From contig CM060731.1 in assembly GCA_030704615.1 (NCBI GenBank), positions 1,364,001 to 1,428,000 on the forward strand: 64,000 bases of DNA, written 5' to 3'. Origin of the DNA: Takakia lepidozioides (lineage: Eukaryota > Plantae > Bryophyta). The notes below the pieces were generated by a model. It searched no databases, was not told the DNA's origin, and was given only the letters and a program-made list of their open reading frames with translations. Shown here piece by piece: positions 37,343-50,544 of this stretch; within the stretch, counting starts at the first letter, position 1; each line of letters starts with the position of its first letter. The position numbers and the translations under genes were made by a program.

Positions 37343-38950
37343 CTAGTTAGGCGTTTTGGGGGTATTTTTCGAATTTTGGCCTAATTGCTCAGCCATATTG
37401 TCAAATACTCCCTTTGCATCCTCAATGCACCCACATTTCGTATACATGTCCACCAGGGTAGTGTCCAGAATGACATTTGGTACAATTCCAGCTTTTATGA
37501 TGTCACCATGCACCTCTTTGTCTTTTTCCAGGGCTGCCAGGCTTGCACAAGCATTGCAAACACACACAAACGTGATGTGGTTGCGCTTCATCCCTTCCCC
37601 CATCATTTGCTCATAGGTCTCCAATATCCAGCAAGCATGGCGTTCCATGACACCAAATCTTTGTTCAACCATATTGTTGAACACTCCCTCCGCATCCTCA
37701 GACTGCAGCCGGTCCCCCTTTTGAAATGAAAAAAAGTTCTGCAACATCCACTGTGTAGGTTCAGTATCACATCCTCAGTATCCTCCATCAGCTCTGAGTG
37801 GGGATAAGGGCCAACTCTAGGGCAAGTATTTGCCAACATTTTAGAGAAGTAACCCATTGCATGTCACATCCATTCAAAGGTTTATCAACACCAAAGTCGT
37901 GCTGTAGTTATATGCAAGGTAGTATTGGTGTTGGTACACCAGTGGAAAGGTGTGAGGATGGGCCTTTGCATCCTGGATGCTCCCGCATTTGTCCACCAGG
38001 GTGCGGTTCAGAATGACATGTGGTCCAATTCCCGCTTTGATGATGTACCATGGACCTCTTTGCCCTTTTCCATGGCTGCAAATGCAAGCAAACCTAGGTT
38101 TCACCCCTTCCCGCATATATTTGCTCATTGGTCTCAAAAGCCTCCATCCAACACCCATGTTGCGCATAGAGAGGACTGCCCTTGAGAAAAACGTGTACAA
38201 CGACCCCCCATAATAGCCATTCTGGTCATTGCCCTAAACCAAACACCCCAACCCTACTTATTACAGTCGTTCCAATTTTGAATTGCATCTGCTTCTCTCT
38301 ATAGTCCAACAGGCATTCACCTTTTTGTCTCCATTGTCCCACCATTGACTGGGGTCGGAAAAGTGTTCATTCCAAAGCTTCTCTTCATCTCTGTTATCTA
38401 TTTTTGGATATTTTCCTGTTGCCAGATCGGCATTAACTTGTCAAAGTCACTCCAAACCACCACAGATCCACCCAACGAGCTAACTTACATAATTCAATAT
38501 GAAAATTCAGGGCCGAGTCTGATGAGAGGGCAAAACAGGCTGAAATAGGTCGAAGAAGAAGGTTCTCCCACCACATTGTCCTCGACCTTGTGTCACGATG
38601 CAGGGAGGATTTGACCGACCATCAACCCAAAAGGACATGTCGGATTGGTATGTGAGAACCACCACGGTGTAGCTGAGCGGGGAGAAATTAAAACACGGCA
38701 TGCTGAGACCAAGCTGACTCTCCCAAGAACCTTGTAAACATCAGGAAGAATACCAAATCATGGTACTAACAGGAGCCGAGAGCCCACATTTGCATGATGG
38801 ACAAACTTCTTTACATCGTGCATTAAGAAAACACCTTGCGAGCTCATGCGGTGTACTGATAATCTGCAAATGTCCCATCTGCGATTGATAGGTGGGTGAA
38901 ACCCCTCGCGCTCAAGCACGCAGGACATCATCATCCCTTCCCCGCGCTGC
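37343..38950 (-). pseudogene. PLS-class PPR pseudogene with an N-terminal OSB-type PDF-motif exon
   Basis: PPR P/L/S motifs are present (DLVSWNAMLAGY; MMGEGMKRNHITFVCVCNACASLAALEKDKEVHGDIIKAGIVPNVILDTTLVDMYTKCGCIEDAKGVFDNM) with frameshifts. An upstream exon ~38415-38321 reads RDEEKLWNEHFSDPSQWWDNGDKK|GT. A further upstream transit-peptide-like frame contains TGA stops. Confidence 0.8.
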
Positions 38951-39416
38951 AAGACACCGATTAGTTTCGGGCATCTCGGGCAGATTCCAAAACATTTGAC
39001 GATGATGATGTGGCGACGATGATGTGGCTACAATGATGTGGCGACGATGACGAGGCACTTTGGCACCCTATTCCTGCTCTACGCTAATCTAGCTTCCGAC
39101 CTTCGGTCGTCGCTAGAATAAAGGGTGAGTGGGTGGGAAGGATTTTACAAGGGCCGCGCCAGAGGAGCCTACTTGAATAATAAGGGGAAAGTTCACTTGT
39201 GACTTAAGTTCTTACATTATTCCCACATAATAATGAGGCCCACTTAGTGAAAGAGGGACTCGTTGAATTGTTGTTAACACATAAGTAACACATGCCCTCA
39301 CAAAATCTGAGAAAAAACAACAAACAGAGCAAAATAACCCTTACAGAGGTAACATCTATCCAGGATTAAATTGTGAAACTGTGAAGTCCGACACCAAAGA
39401 CTACTCACATCACACA

Positions 39417-39452
39417 CAACAACGACAACAACAACAACAACAACACCACAAC
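39417..39452 (+). repeat. Imperfect (CAA)n microsatellite
   Basis: CAACAACGACAACAACAACAACAACAACACCACAAC. Confidence 0.9.
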
Positions 39453-39609
39453 AAATCTGTTTGAGAATTTGTGAAGGATCAGCGCGGCATCAAAGATGCT
39501 GAGCAGCAGAGATGCTGGGCTGTGCTGATCACGGAGGTGAAGCTCAGAATGCAGGCCTGCACCAGCGAGTAGAGGAGGCAAGCGACATTAGGTGGGTGTA
39601 AAGTTGCCG

Positions 39610-42600
39610 ATGGGTGTTCGAGGTAAGAGAAGAACCAATGAAAGCATGGCCTGGTCTTTAGCGAGGCTGGAGATAAGGGGATGCGTGCAGAGATGATAAG
39701 GAAGCGATAGGCCCTCCACCCAGCTGCGGGTTTGCTCCAGCCACCTGACGAACCCCAGCATAGCGGCGAGCTAGCTTACCATGGCTCTGTGGAGCCTCCA
39801 TTCTGGTTTGCATTCTACTGTCTGGGTGCTAGTTTGCATTCTGTTGGTCTGGTAGAATGGTGTGGAAGTGACTTCTCCTTTGCCATCACTTCTGGCACTC
39901 CATTGCCGCAGCGGATCGCAGGAGTCAATAATTGCCACCCTGACTATCTTCTGTCTTCCGTCCTGGCTGTCCGGGGATTGAGCACGCAGAAGCTTTTCCG
40001 CCTATCAAGACCAATTGGGCGGCTGAGGGATTGATTTGCTATCTGGATTGTATATCAGGATTACCGAGTAGTGTAATCCGTGACAATGCCAGGTCAATCG
40101 TAAGTCACCTGTGTGTTGTGAATGGTCAAAGACGATGTGCTGGTAGGAGGTGCTCCGCGTTACACAGCCCTACGCATTACGCTTAAGTGGCTGACAAAGC
40201 ATTCTCTTTCTCTCCCCGCATAGTCCTTTTTCCTGCATTCATCGATAGTGGCATTTGTTGAACGCTTGCAGGGGCGGGGGTCAGAATATGGGCAGCTCCA
40301 GCAGGCAGCACATTCTTGAAGCCGAAACAGGCAGCCGTAGTGCGGTGCAGAGCTCATGGGAGAGGAGAGAGAGTGTTGGCTGCTTTGCAGCGCAGAGAAG
40401 CAATGGCAGTTGTGGGGCTGACGGCAGCATTGTCGTGGCTGAAGTATGAGGTGGCTGAAGGAGCTGGTTTGCCAGCAGCAGAGGCACCGAAATTGTGTGA
40501 CTCCGACTGTGAGAAGGAGCTTGAAAGTGTAAGCCGGAGCTTACTGGTATCCACCTTTGCAAATTGTGTTCGGTCATTGGCTCGATGGTTTTCAATGGTT
40601 AAAGCAAAAGACCATACACACAAATGACAAAATGCAATGCACCAGTACTTGATAGCTGGACTGAAGTTGATGCAAGGCATGTTTGTGGTTTTTTGGTTGA
40701 CGTGCTGAGTGGGAAGTGGATGAGTGATGCCCTTCACAGATCCCTGCTACCACCACAGCTTCGGGCCTACAATATAAAGACATCGCGGTTGGTAGTGGAC
40801 CAACCCCTCCTGTTGGTTTTCAGGTGGGCAGTATGAGGCATACATTTGCTCTCTTTTTGCCAAGTGCACAGATCCCAGTGAAAAGCATGTTGCCAGATGT
40901 ACACAGTTTTCTTGATAGCAGTGTACATATTCTTTAGCAGGAATAGTGGTCCATTTTAAGGTATTGAATGGCCCTGATAGTGCTGTCTCCGGGTTGGGTT
41001 CACTGCTTGATTACAGGTTGCAGCCAACTATGTGGCCATGGTACCTTCTGGCAAGGTATTTGACAGGTAAGTTGTCACTTTGTCATCTCTCTGCCTGACC
41101 CACTTCTTCAGTTTTGATTTTCCAACTGAAGCAAGATAAATCTATCAGTTGGACATCGTGCCGCCAAACAGGGCAAATTTTGAAAGGACTGCATGTTGGG
41201 CTACAAAGTTGGTCATGCACGAAGGCAAGTTTTGGGGTGTGAGCGATCATTGCAAATAAATATGGACTGTGCTTTAGCATATGCTGGTTGCAATCCAGGA
41301 ATTGTTGTTGCCTTCCTGCCTGAGTACAACTCTGAGTAGATGAACCTGTGGCATGGAGACAGAGAACTGGAAAGCTGTGGTTCTGTCGAAATGGTGGGCG
41401 TCTCAAATAGACTTGTCAGATTTTTTGAGACACCCGTTTTGAATCCTTGCAGCCATTAGCTGCCATAATAGGCGAGAGCAGCAAGGTGCGGGACTCCCAT
41501 AGAAAAAAGGACCACCCATGATTCAGATTATCAGAGTCATCAAGAGTCGTAGATCGATGTGACAACACACAAGTCAATCTGAAATGGGAGTGCCAACAGC
41601 TATCTCATTCGGTCATAGCTTCAATCAATATTTGATACCTCCTGAGGTGGTTGTATTTCACAAAATATGTGACACCCTAGTACTGAATCTTCACTGCCAC
41701 CTCAGACATTTTTCCTCATGTGAAAGCATGGGGTGTCACAAAGTTTTATCTGGCATCATTTGATTTTGCCCCATTGTGCCACTCATTTACAGAGAACACG
41801 ATCTGTGTGGCAGTTGTTGAAAATACCATGGTTGTATCCACTGACCAGTGCCACTGTCTGAAACAGTTCTTTGGAGAAGGGGGTGCCTTACATTTTCCGA
41901 GTGGGGGCAGGTCAGGTGTGTTACGATCTATCACATTACTCTGCATATGGTCTAGGGTGTACTGTAGACAGTACCAAGTGAGGAGCAGCTTTGTGGGATG
42001 GGTCCTCCTACTAATGAGGCCTCACATGGTGTAGCAGGTGATCAAGGGTTTGGATGAGGGCATTCTGAGCATGAAGGTTGGGGGCAAGCGACGTTTGTAT
42101 ATCCCTGGAGAGGTATGAGATATATTATCTCATTGCTATGCACAATCTTATGCTACATCAAGATGCACTAAGCCTGCAGTAACAACTGTCTTGACAAACT
42201 TGCCCGTGAGTCAGAAATCATTCATGGGTGAGAAATTGGTTATGACTCATGGTCCCTGACTTTCTAGCTTCTCTCCAAAAGAGGTGCCAAAGAGCCCTTA
42301 TCTCATGAGAAAAATCCAATTCATGAGTGGCACCAAACTTTGTGGCATTTACCTCTTGAGGGAACCAGTGAGACCCTGGCTAAGTACAGACATTCATGTA
42401 GATTACTTACGGAACTATTATTCAGACTAGATGATATTTATCGGTGTCCACAAGAAGACCATCAGGGTAGGCCTTCTGAGTGTATGATCTGATCCTCTAG
42501 TTCTGGAGGATGGATACAACAATTTTAGGTAGTTTTTGGGGAAGGTGAGGGTAAATAATGTAAGCTATTACTGGCACACTCATCAAGGAAAATCCTTTGG

Positions 42601-42818
42601 TCATCTGACAGTTGGCCCATTCCCTGTATATGTGCATGAATGTGTACTCATGCCTGCATTTACAGACATTAATATCACTATCTTGTGGGTGGCAGCTTGC
42701 ATTTCCCAAAGGACTCTCAGCTGCAGCTGGAAGGCCAAGAGTGGCACCGAGTAGCCCAGTAGTGTTTGATGTAAGCTTAGTCTACATACCTGGGCTTTCT
42801 GATTTCGATGAAGAGTAA
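39610..42818 (+). CDS. FKBP16-3: Chloroplast thylakoid-lumen FKBP-type peptidyl-prolyl isomerase
   Basis: Exons encode a twin-Arg-like QRREA, GAGLPAAEAPKLCDSDCEKELES, TTASGLQYKDIAVGSGPTPPVGFQ, VAANYVAMVPSGKVFD, SSLEKGVPYIFRVGAGQ, VIKGLDEGILSMKVGGKRRLYIPGE and LAFPKGLSAAAGRPRVAPSSPVVFDVSLVYIPGL. The start exon ATGGGTGTTCGAG|GTAAG at 39610 is inferred from phase compatibility and is less certain. Confidence 0.9.
41426..41740. mobile_element. Short element with TG...CA inverted ends (solo-LTR/TRIM-like or MITE) in an FKBP intron, copy 2
   Basis: Begins TGAGACACCC and ends GGGTGTCACA. It is homologous to 6218-6428. No TSD was recognised. Confidence 0.6.
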
Positions 42819-43682
42819 GTAAAATTATGAAGATTATAACTGTGGCGAACATTGTGATACATGGATTTTGACATTTGATTAGTCTGGTTGCCTCTTGTCA
42901 ACAATGACATTTTCTCATCAGTGTCCATGATCAAGTCCTAGACTGATCAGCACGAGGCATTATCCAAGGTGCATATATACCAGGTTATTTTGCTTGCCAA
43001 GGTCCTTTTTCATTTGTTCACTACTGGAAGAGTACACGAGTGGAGGTAGTCTCTATGCAATTGCAATTTCTTTGTCTACCTCAATAATTCAATGTGAATT
43101 TCACAGAGGTAGAGAATGGACCAAAGGGAAGACATGCAAAAACGGATTTGAATGTTATGGTGTATTTATGTATTTCGCCCATTTATTTGAATGCTGAACT
43201 ATCATAGAAGATGTCCATTGAATCTCGCATTGTGATTTTTCCTGGTTCAGACTTCAGACACTGTAATTTATTTGCACAAAAGTAACACTTCAATTTTTAA
43301 AAATGTGGTTTGTACTTGTACAGAGTGGCAACGAGACGGTTGCAAATATACGTCACACCCTACAATCAGATCCCCCTCCCCCTAGAGAGACTATATGGGG
43401 GTATCTGTGAATGCAATCTTTTGCCTAGCATAATCATCTCCCTCAATTCATTTTCTACAATCTTGTGGAACTGGTCTTGCATGCAATCACTGACCTTCAA
43501 ACTTTGAAAGTGAGGAAGCAAAAAATGTTGATGGATTGCCTACATTCTGCCTGTATCTGAATGGGAGCTTCGACCTTGTAATGCAATCTACTCTCTTAGC
43601 ACAAAAATGCCATCTTGCCAGTGGACATATCAAAGAAGAAGGGAAGCTTGTGGAACAGACTGCTCAGAACACATACCATCTC

Positions 43683-45667
43683 TCATAGTTCTATAGCTGG
43701 TCCTCGAGATCCATTCCCAGTGCCTAAACCATGGTGTGTGTCGTCGTACTCGGAGTTGCCATGTTTGGTTATGTCGTACTTCTCCCCATCACCCCACAGT
43801 GCATATGCCTCCTCACCATGCACTGCGTCATCACCAATTAACAAGTGCTCCTCAGTCATGCGCAGTGGAATCACAAGCCGGATGACCAAGAGGATAAGGG
43901 TGGTCATGACCGTGTTCCAGCCAATGATGAAGAGGGCTCCAGCAATCTGCTTGCCCAGCTGTTTCCCTCCCTTTCCACGATAAAATGCACCCTGCTCATT
44001 GGGGACTGAAAGAAAATAGTTGCACAAATGAGGTTCTGCAAACAGGCCAGTGAGCACACCTCCCAGGCTGCCTGCAACAGCATGGGTGTGGAACACACCC
44101 AGTGTGTCATCTACCTTCTGCAGCAGTGACGAGCGCCTGTGCAAAATCATCATTGTAAACCAGGGCACACTTCCTGCTACAATGCCCATCACTATGGCTG
44201 CCCATCCTTGCACCACACCTGTGCCACTATAATATGTCATTGCAGTACCACATTCAACCTACCAACCTACACCACAATGACGAAAAGGTTTGATACATTT
44301 CTACGGCTATAGACAAAAAGATGCAGCTTAGTTGACTGGAGTCATCTGCATAACAAACTAACCATGCTGCTCCAGCACAGAGCAAGATTTGGCCATGCAC
44401 ACAAATCAGACTGAATTCCTCTCTGAAGCTCCACACGAAAACAAGGGAGGTATTGTGAAGCACAATACCTGCTGAAGGCGTGATGACGACAAGGCCAGTG
44501 ATCATTCCCTGCACAGCACCAATGACAGAAGGCTTGCCAAATACCAGCACATCCAGGCCTGTCCAAATCAGTAAACTGGTGGCCGCACACACATTGGTAT
44601 TGATCACTGCCATGGATGCATCTATGTTTGCCGAGTAGGGATCACCGCCATTGAATCCTGCCCACCCCAGCCAGAGCAGTCCTGCACCAGCCAGCATGAG
44701 CACAACATTGTTGGGTGGAAAGCGTTCACGATCCTTGGTCAACCTTGGTCCCACCTACAGTTCCATGCCACCAAACTGATCACCAAATTAGACTTCGGGT
44801 AACATGTATATCTCTCTCCACTCAAACTTGCAAGGACGAATACCCTGCAAACACCGACTGCACACAAGCGATAATAGTAAACAACCTGTTTTCATCTACA
44901 TGAGAACCATGACCCCAGATTTGAGGTGAAGAGGCGCTCTGACATAGAGTGATAGGTACAACATGAGTCATAAAGACAGTGACAACTTTAAGATAACATC
45001 CATATTGATATTAGGAAATACATACCCAATAGGCTGCTACGAAGCCAGTCACTCCTGCTGACAGGTGAATGACATAACCACCAGAGTAATCAATCACACC
45101 CCATTGAAACAATAATCCTCCTCCCCAAATACTGAATGCACCCACTGTGTATGAGCATGTAAGCCACAGTGGCACAAACACCATCCACGCCCGGAAGTTC
45201 ATCCTCCCGAGCAATGAACCTGCAATCAGCAGTAGCGTGATGGCGGCGAAGACAAACTGAAAGTATACCATGGTGGCCATCGGATAATAGGGCATCAGCG
45301 CTGCGGTTTGTGCAGTTTTGGTGGCTGGCAGATCTGCTTGTTGTAGCAGGTACTCGAAGTTCAATACTGTGCCCGCCTTGCCCCACATAGGAATAAGCCT
45401 CTCTCCAAAGGACATTTTGTAGGCCCATATTACCCAGCACAACAACACTGCTGCAAAAGCATAGAACGCCATGAATGCCGAGTTGACAGCCCACTTCTTC
45501 TTCACGATACTGCCATAGAGGATCACCAGGCCTGGCACACTCTGCATTCCTACCAGGGTGGCAGCTGTCAATTGCCAAGCATTGTCGCCCTTGTTCAGCC
45601 AATCTGGCACCACCCCACCTGGATTTTGATACGCCGAGGGAACAGACAAAGGAGCAGCTGTAGCCAT
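43683..45667 (-). CDS. AMT2: Ammonium transporter, AMT2 family, 3 coding exons (45667-45026, 44754-44469, 44218-43683)
   Basis: Motifs [75 protein letters not shown] and [19 protein letters not shown]. Both pore histidines are present. Confidence 0.97.
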
Positions 45668-45747
45668 GGCTGCAGCCTGCGGAATTGAACCTTCAAGAGG
45701 ATACTATGGTTGCCGGATTCGAGCAGTGCCACCTCAAAATGGCCAAC

Positions 45748-46416
45748 CTGAAAGGGGGAAAAAAAAGAGAGGAAGAAAGAGGCCTCACATCAGAAATTCT
45801 GGGCATACACATAATATCTAAACACTTATTTCTCAAGGTAAGCGTAAGCTAAGTAGACAGCACCCGAACTGTGAACATTGCCAGTATACCCGGTAATGGA
45901 ACGTGACCCTGCAGGGGAAGGTTACTGCATGTGCAGTAACCTTCACATGCTACCTGCCAACGTCCACTACTTCAAACATGCAGTTAGTAGGCGCCAGTGT
46001 GCGGAGGGAAGGAGAGAGGGCTGGTCGAAGGAGGGGGAGGTCTGATTACTGTTAAGAAACAGGAGTTGACCAAAGAAATGAATCGAAAAAGGAAAAGGAA
46101 TGGAGAGAATATCAGTTCTTGGAAACTGTGGTGCACGACACCACGAAATGGATCGGATATAGGCCTTAGCACAACTTCAAATGCTAGCCTAGCTCTCCTC
46201 TACCACCCTGCATCACATGCGGTACCGTCCTTCCACTCTATCACACAGCTAGGTAGAAAGCGTCACTCTCAACACTTGCCCAGACAAACACCACCATCCA
46301 GGAATACTGGGCTTACATAATAGGAGTGGAGTCCAGGAGCCTGATTGCCGGCCTTCCACACAGTCTCACCACACCCTCACACCGGATCCTTTGGAAATGT
46401 AAGGCGGAGCCCCTAC
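45748..46416 (-). other. Putative 5'-UTR intron of AMT2
   Basis: The minus strand shows the donor AAG|GTAGGG at 46416 after a CT-rich leader exon, and the acceptor TTTTCCCCTTTCAG| at 45748. Confidence 0.55.
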
Positions 46417-49400
46417 CTTGAATAGGATTCAGGGGTATGAGACATCAAGGGCAGATGCAGAGATGATATAGAGGGAGGAGGTCGGAGAGTGAGAAAGACC
46501 TCGAGCGAGACCGATTGCTCCCGAGGCCTTTCTTTCTTTAGAGAAAACCTCCTATAAAAAGCGCCCAGTATTATATTCCTCAATGCACCTCTATGTAGTG
46601 TAGCCAGCTAACCTAGGGGTTGAAGCTTTCTTTAGACATTACCACCTTTCCTCACCATTCTTCAGACAAAAACAGGCAAGAGTGCCAGGGTGGGGCAGCA
46701 CTCGAGACTCTCCAGACCCGTCAAAGCCATGCACATCACCGCTTGTGGACTGGAAAGCCAATGTACAATCTGTACTGCCCAGTAAAGACAGCCGAGTCAG
46801 TGGACTTTGTAGACTTTTTGTGGGTCTGGACTGATCTTTTGTGCGGTGCAGGTGAGCCAGCTTCACACTTTCTCCTCGGCAGGCAATACTGGAGAGAGCC
46901 CAGGAAAGCAGTAAATTTCCGGGGCTTGGGGTCCTCAAACTTCTTCTTCTTCTTCTCCTCTTTTTCTTTCCTTTGATCTAAGCCAGCAGACTACCTATTT
47001 TATTCTCACTGCATCTCTGTGCATCTCGACCACACCTTCTTTTTGACCAAGTCCTCCTCCCCTTCCTCCACCATTTACTGCCTTCACCTTTTACCAGTAC
47101 ACTATCATTCTTTTTGTTTGTTTTTCTTCTTGTTTTTTGTTTCATCTTCATATCCATTACCCATGATACTTGTGGAATTAGATCACTATTGGTATCAGTC
47201 CGGTCGGCAATCCACAAATTTTCGACCACAAAAATCATGATCCAGCATTGGTCAACATAGATACAAATGAGGTCGGTGGTTGCCCATTTGCAATTTTTCA
47301 CTAGGTTCGAGAAATCCGTTAGATGGCAAACAAAGTTTAGCTTAAATTTCTTCCATGCAAACCCGTCCCACCCTCCCATTCAAGACGGTTCTCTCCATAT
47401 TCAACATCCGCAGTACACCCATGGGTGATGGTCAAAAGGGCAAGCCCAACTAGCACAGATTTCCACCCTCCTTTGTGTACATGACCACGCGATGAAACCA
47501 TAGCCGGCAACCCTTGTAATAACCAGTGTTGCGCATGGATATTTGATATTTTTGATATCAGCCGGTTTGGGATGTCTAACTTCAACCTTGTTTTGAGAAT
47601 CCTTCCGGGGTTTTGAGTTTTCTCATTTTTAATATCCTGTCGATTGGCAACAGATGTAATTTATAAGTCTATACGGTTATGAACAAATGGTTCCGATTTG
47701 TATCTGGATGGCCTCCAGTGGTTTAACATCCGGTTATCAAACAAGCCCAAGTTTTGGTGAAAGAAATATAAATATCCAAACTATATTAAAATGTCTTAAA
47801 AATGAATCCAAGAGAGGGCCAGCTCATGACATGCCTCATCGTCTATAGAGTGAACCCAATAACCTGCTACTATCCGGATAATAACCTCAGGTTCTTAATG
47901 CTGGGTAAAAAGATTCATAACCTGCCTCTTTGGGCCACTAGTCCCGGATCGAAGATTCAAATCAAACACCAAAAAAATACAAAAGAACTCATTTTCAACC
48001 AATGGCTGGTTATCTCAGCTCTCCTATGGGGCGGTTTCTAACAGAGGCTATTTCACTTTTTGACCTCCGGCAGATCCACATAAATATATCTCGGCGGGGG
48101 ATTCGGAGAGGCCGAATCAGACCTCAGCGTAGCACTGGTAATAACATATAGCCGGAAAGAGAGTCCCTTCCATGTTTCCTTTGTAAAAAAGACAAAGAAA
48201 AGAACGAAAGAAAGGGGGGTGGGAATAAGGGATGTAAGTTATGTGTGACTAAGCCCCCTTATTGTCTGCTGAATGTGTCGTAACTCCTAACTTACTGTAC
48301 CGTAAGGATACTTAACCCAACAATATTTGTCGACATTTGTCGGCCTCCCTTCGAGATTGATTCGGATGGAATTCCAATGGAGGCAAAGTAGTTCGAAGAG
48401 CTGGGGAATGTACTTGTTTGCAAAAGTCCGGTGTAGATCCAAACTTAGAAAGCAACAGCAGCCAACGCGGGCGTAACACTGCCCCCCCCTCGGCCTTTGG
48501 AAGGCAACCCATGTCGGTACTCGTGTTGGCCCACCGCCAACTCCACAATTGCAGCAACTGGGCGGACAAGAGAGGCGGGGCCAGCTCTACCGCAGCAGCC
48601 TTGCAAGTCAACTCTGACGTAGCCCAACCGTGGAGTATATGGACTATGGACATTGGTGCTGTAGTGATCGATCCAATGAGAGTCACATTCATCGGAGAAC
48701 ACACAAACATACACAAGGGGTCAGTACATGAGTCGTAATAAACGACAAGACATGGATCGAAGTTAGGATATTCAACTCCCCACCTGTTCGCACTATGCAG
48801 GAGCGTCGGCAATGTACATGCTCGTAGCGGTTTTGCGATGGAGGAGATGTATGAGATGATGATGAACAACACGGAGGTTTCCGCCAACTGTGGAATAGGT
48901 CCTCCAGCCTGCCACGGCGGAGAGTTGACTTCCGAGCACCTGTGCACTGTGAACCTTGAGCGTCCTCTAGTAGATTTTTGTCGTCTTGCGATAAAGTTAG
49001 CGGTACCTACCTATGGGAGTTGGAAGTTGGAGAGAGTAAAGATGGATGCAGGCTGCAGCCACGGGCCACTCGTGGCATGTTGGAAAGTCAGCGCTGCATT
49101 CCCACATCTGTGGCGCCGGGTGCGCATAGGCAGCGATGAACGGCAAGAATCTTCACCCCCGGCCGCCAAGTTTCCAGAGCTTGCGCCTTCATTCCTGGCT
49201 CCCATTGCCCCTCCCTCGTGCTCAGGAGCTCTCAATCCCATGAACGCAGCGCCCCGTCCTTGAGCAGCCCGAGCAGAGCTGAGCTCATCGTGGGCGACGA
49301 AGAGAGAGAGAGAAGTGCCTCACTACCCGAGGAGATTGGTGCTGTTGGGCGAGTGTCGAAATACCCAACCATCAATTTGAATTATCCCATATCGTTTGCA

Positions 49401-50544
49401 CCAAACTATCCTTCCCTCTATATATATGTGAACCCGGAGGCTTCGAGTGCCGCACGGTGAAGGGGTGCTTCGGCAACACTACGAAATTTCCGGTAACGGA
49501 AGTGGAGTTGTAAAGGAAAGTGCCGAGTGAAAGTCCCCGAGCGATTCAAAGGCAGAGAGTGCCGGCCCGGAATGGTAGATCCCCGGCCGCCGCCGGTACA
49601 GCGGCTGAGGAGCAGTGGCTGAGCCCTTGCGGCCGGGGTAAGCTCGCTACAGCACAGTCATGCATCCCACAACGGAATGGGGCTTACTCTTACCGTGCTC
49701 CCCCCTCTTTTTTACCCAAGGTACTCCAGATCCAGAGTCATGTTATTATAATTGAGACAGAATGCGTACAAATGAACTATGATGATTCTTTACGGACCCA
49801 CACCTTCCACTCCACCACATTTAAATAAATTAACATTCGGAACACTTTGGAAGAATAAGTAGTTCCATAGTTTTTGGAAGACAAAGGACCATCACACCCT
49901 AGATTGTAGAAAAGTACAAACTTGTTAGTTACTGGACTAGAGATCTTGACATAATATACGGCCCAGCTCATCATAGGGACCATTTCTGTGTAGCCTCAAC
50001 AAAATCAGGTTGGAATATATGATTACACCTCTTTTCAGCTGGAAGAATTGTTTGAAGAGAGACACTAACATTTATTACTGAACATCATGTCCATGAAAGC
50101 AAACATACTTGACACTATTTGGGCCACCAATCCATGACCGGTGCTAGTATGTGTGCATATTTCAAGAGATCTGCTACAGCAGGTCAATCAAGGCTTGGGT
50201 CTTCTATCTGATTGCAGCCTCCCTTTGTATAAGAGCATGATTAAAAGACACCAGGACCAGCTGGGGGGGCAGCTCACATATTAGGCCACACACAAGAGCC
50301 CGACAGCAAGGTCACACCCTTATACATCTAGCTGTGGCAATCTGCTGTCAGACAAAACCTACAGTGCCAAAAATTTCAGGTGCGGTGAAGGATTAGAAAT
50401 CAGGCTATCCCAGCTAGGGAAGTCACTTGCGTATGAGCATGTGATGGTTACCTGCGTCATACAACATTAGTAGCCCTGCAAGAAGACTTGCCCAAAGGTA
50501 CCTCAGCTGAAGGACACCACATTGAGAAGATCAAAGCAAGCCTC

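Noticed and set aside
47585-47750. Tourist-like TIR CAAACAAGCCC at ~47738
   Set aside because: No convincing partner TIR or TWA target-site duplication.
49180-49270. Partial resemblance to miR390 (GCTCAGGAG...AGCGCC) and miR160 (CCTGGCTCCC)
   Set aside because: Matches are interrupted or short, with no proper precursor hairpin and no TAS3 tasiARF sequence.
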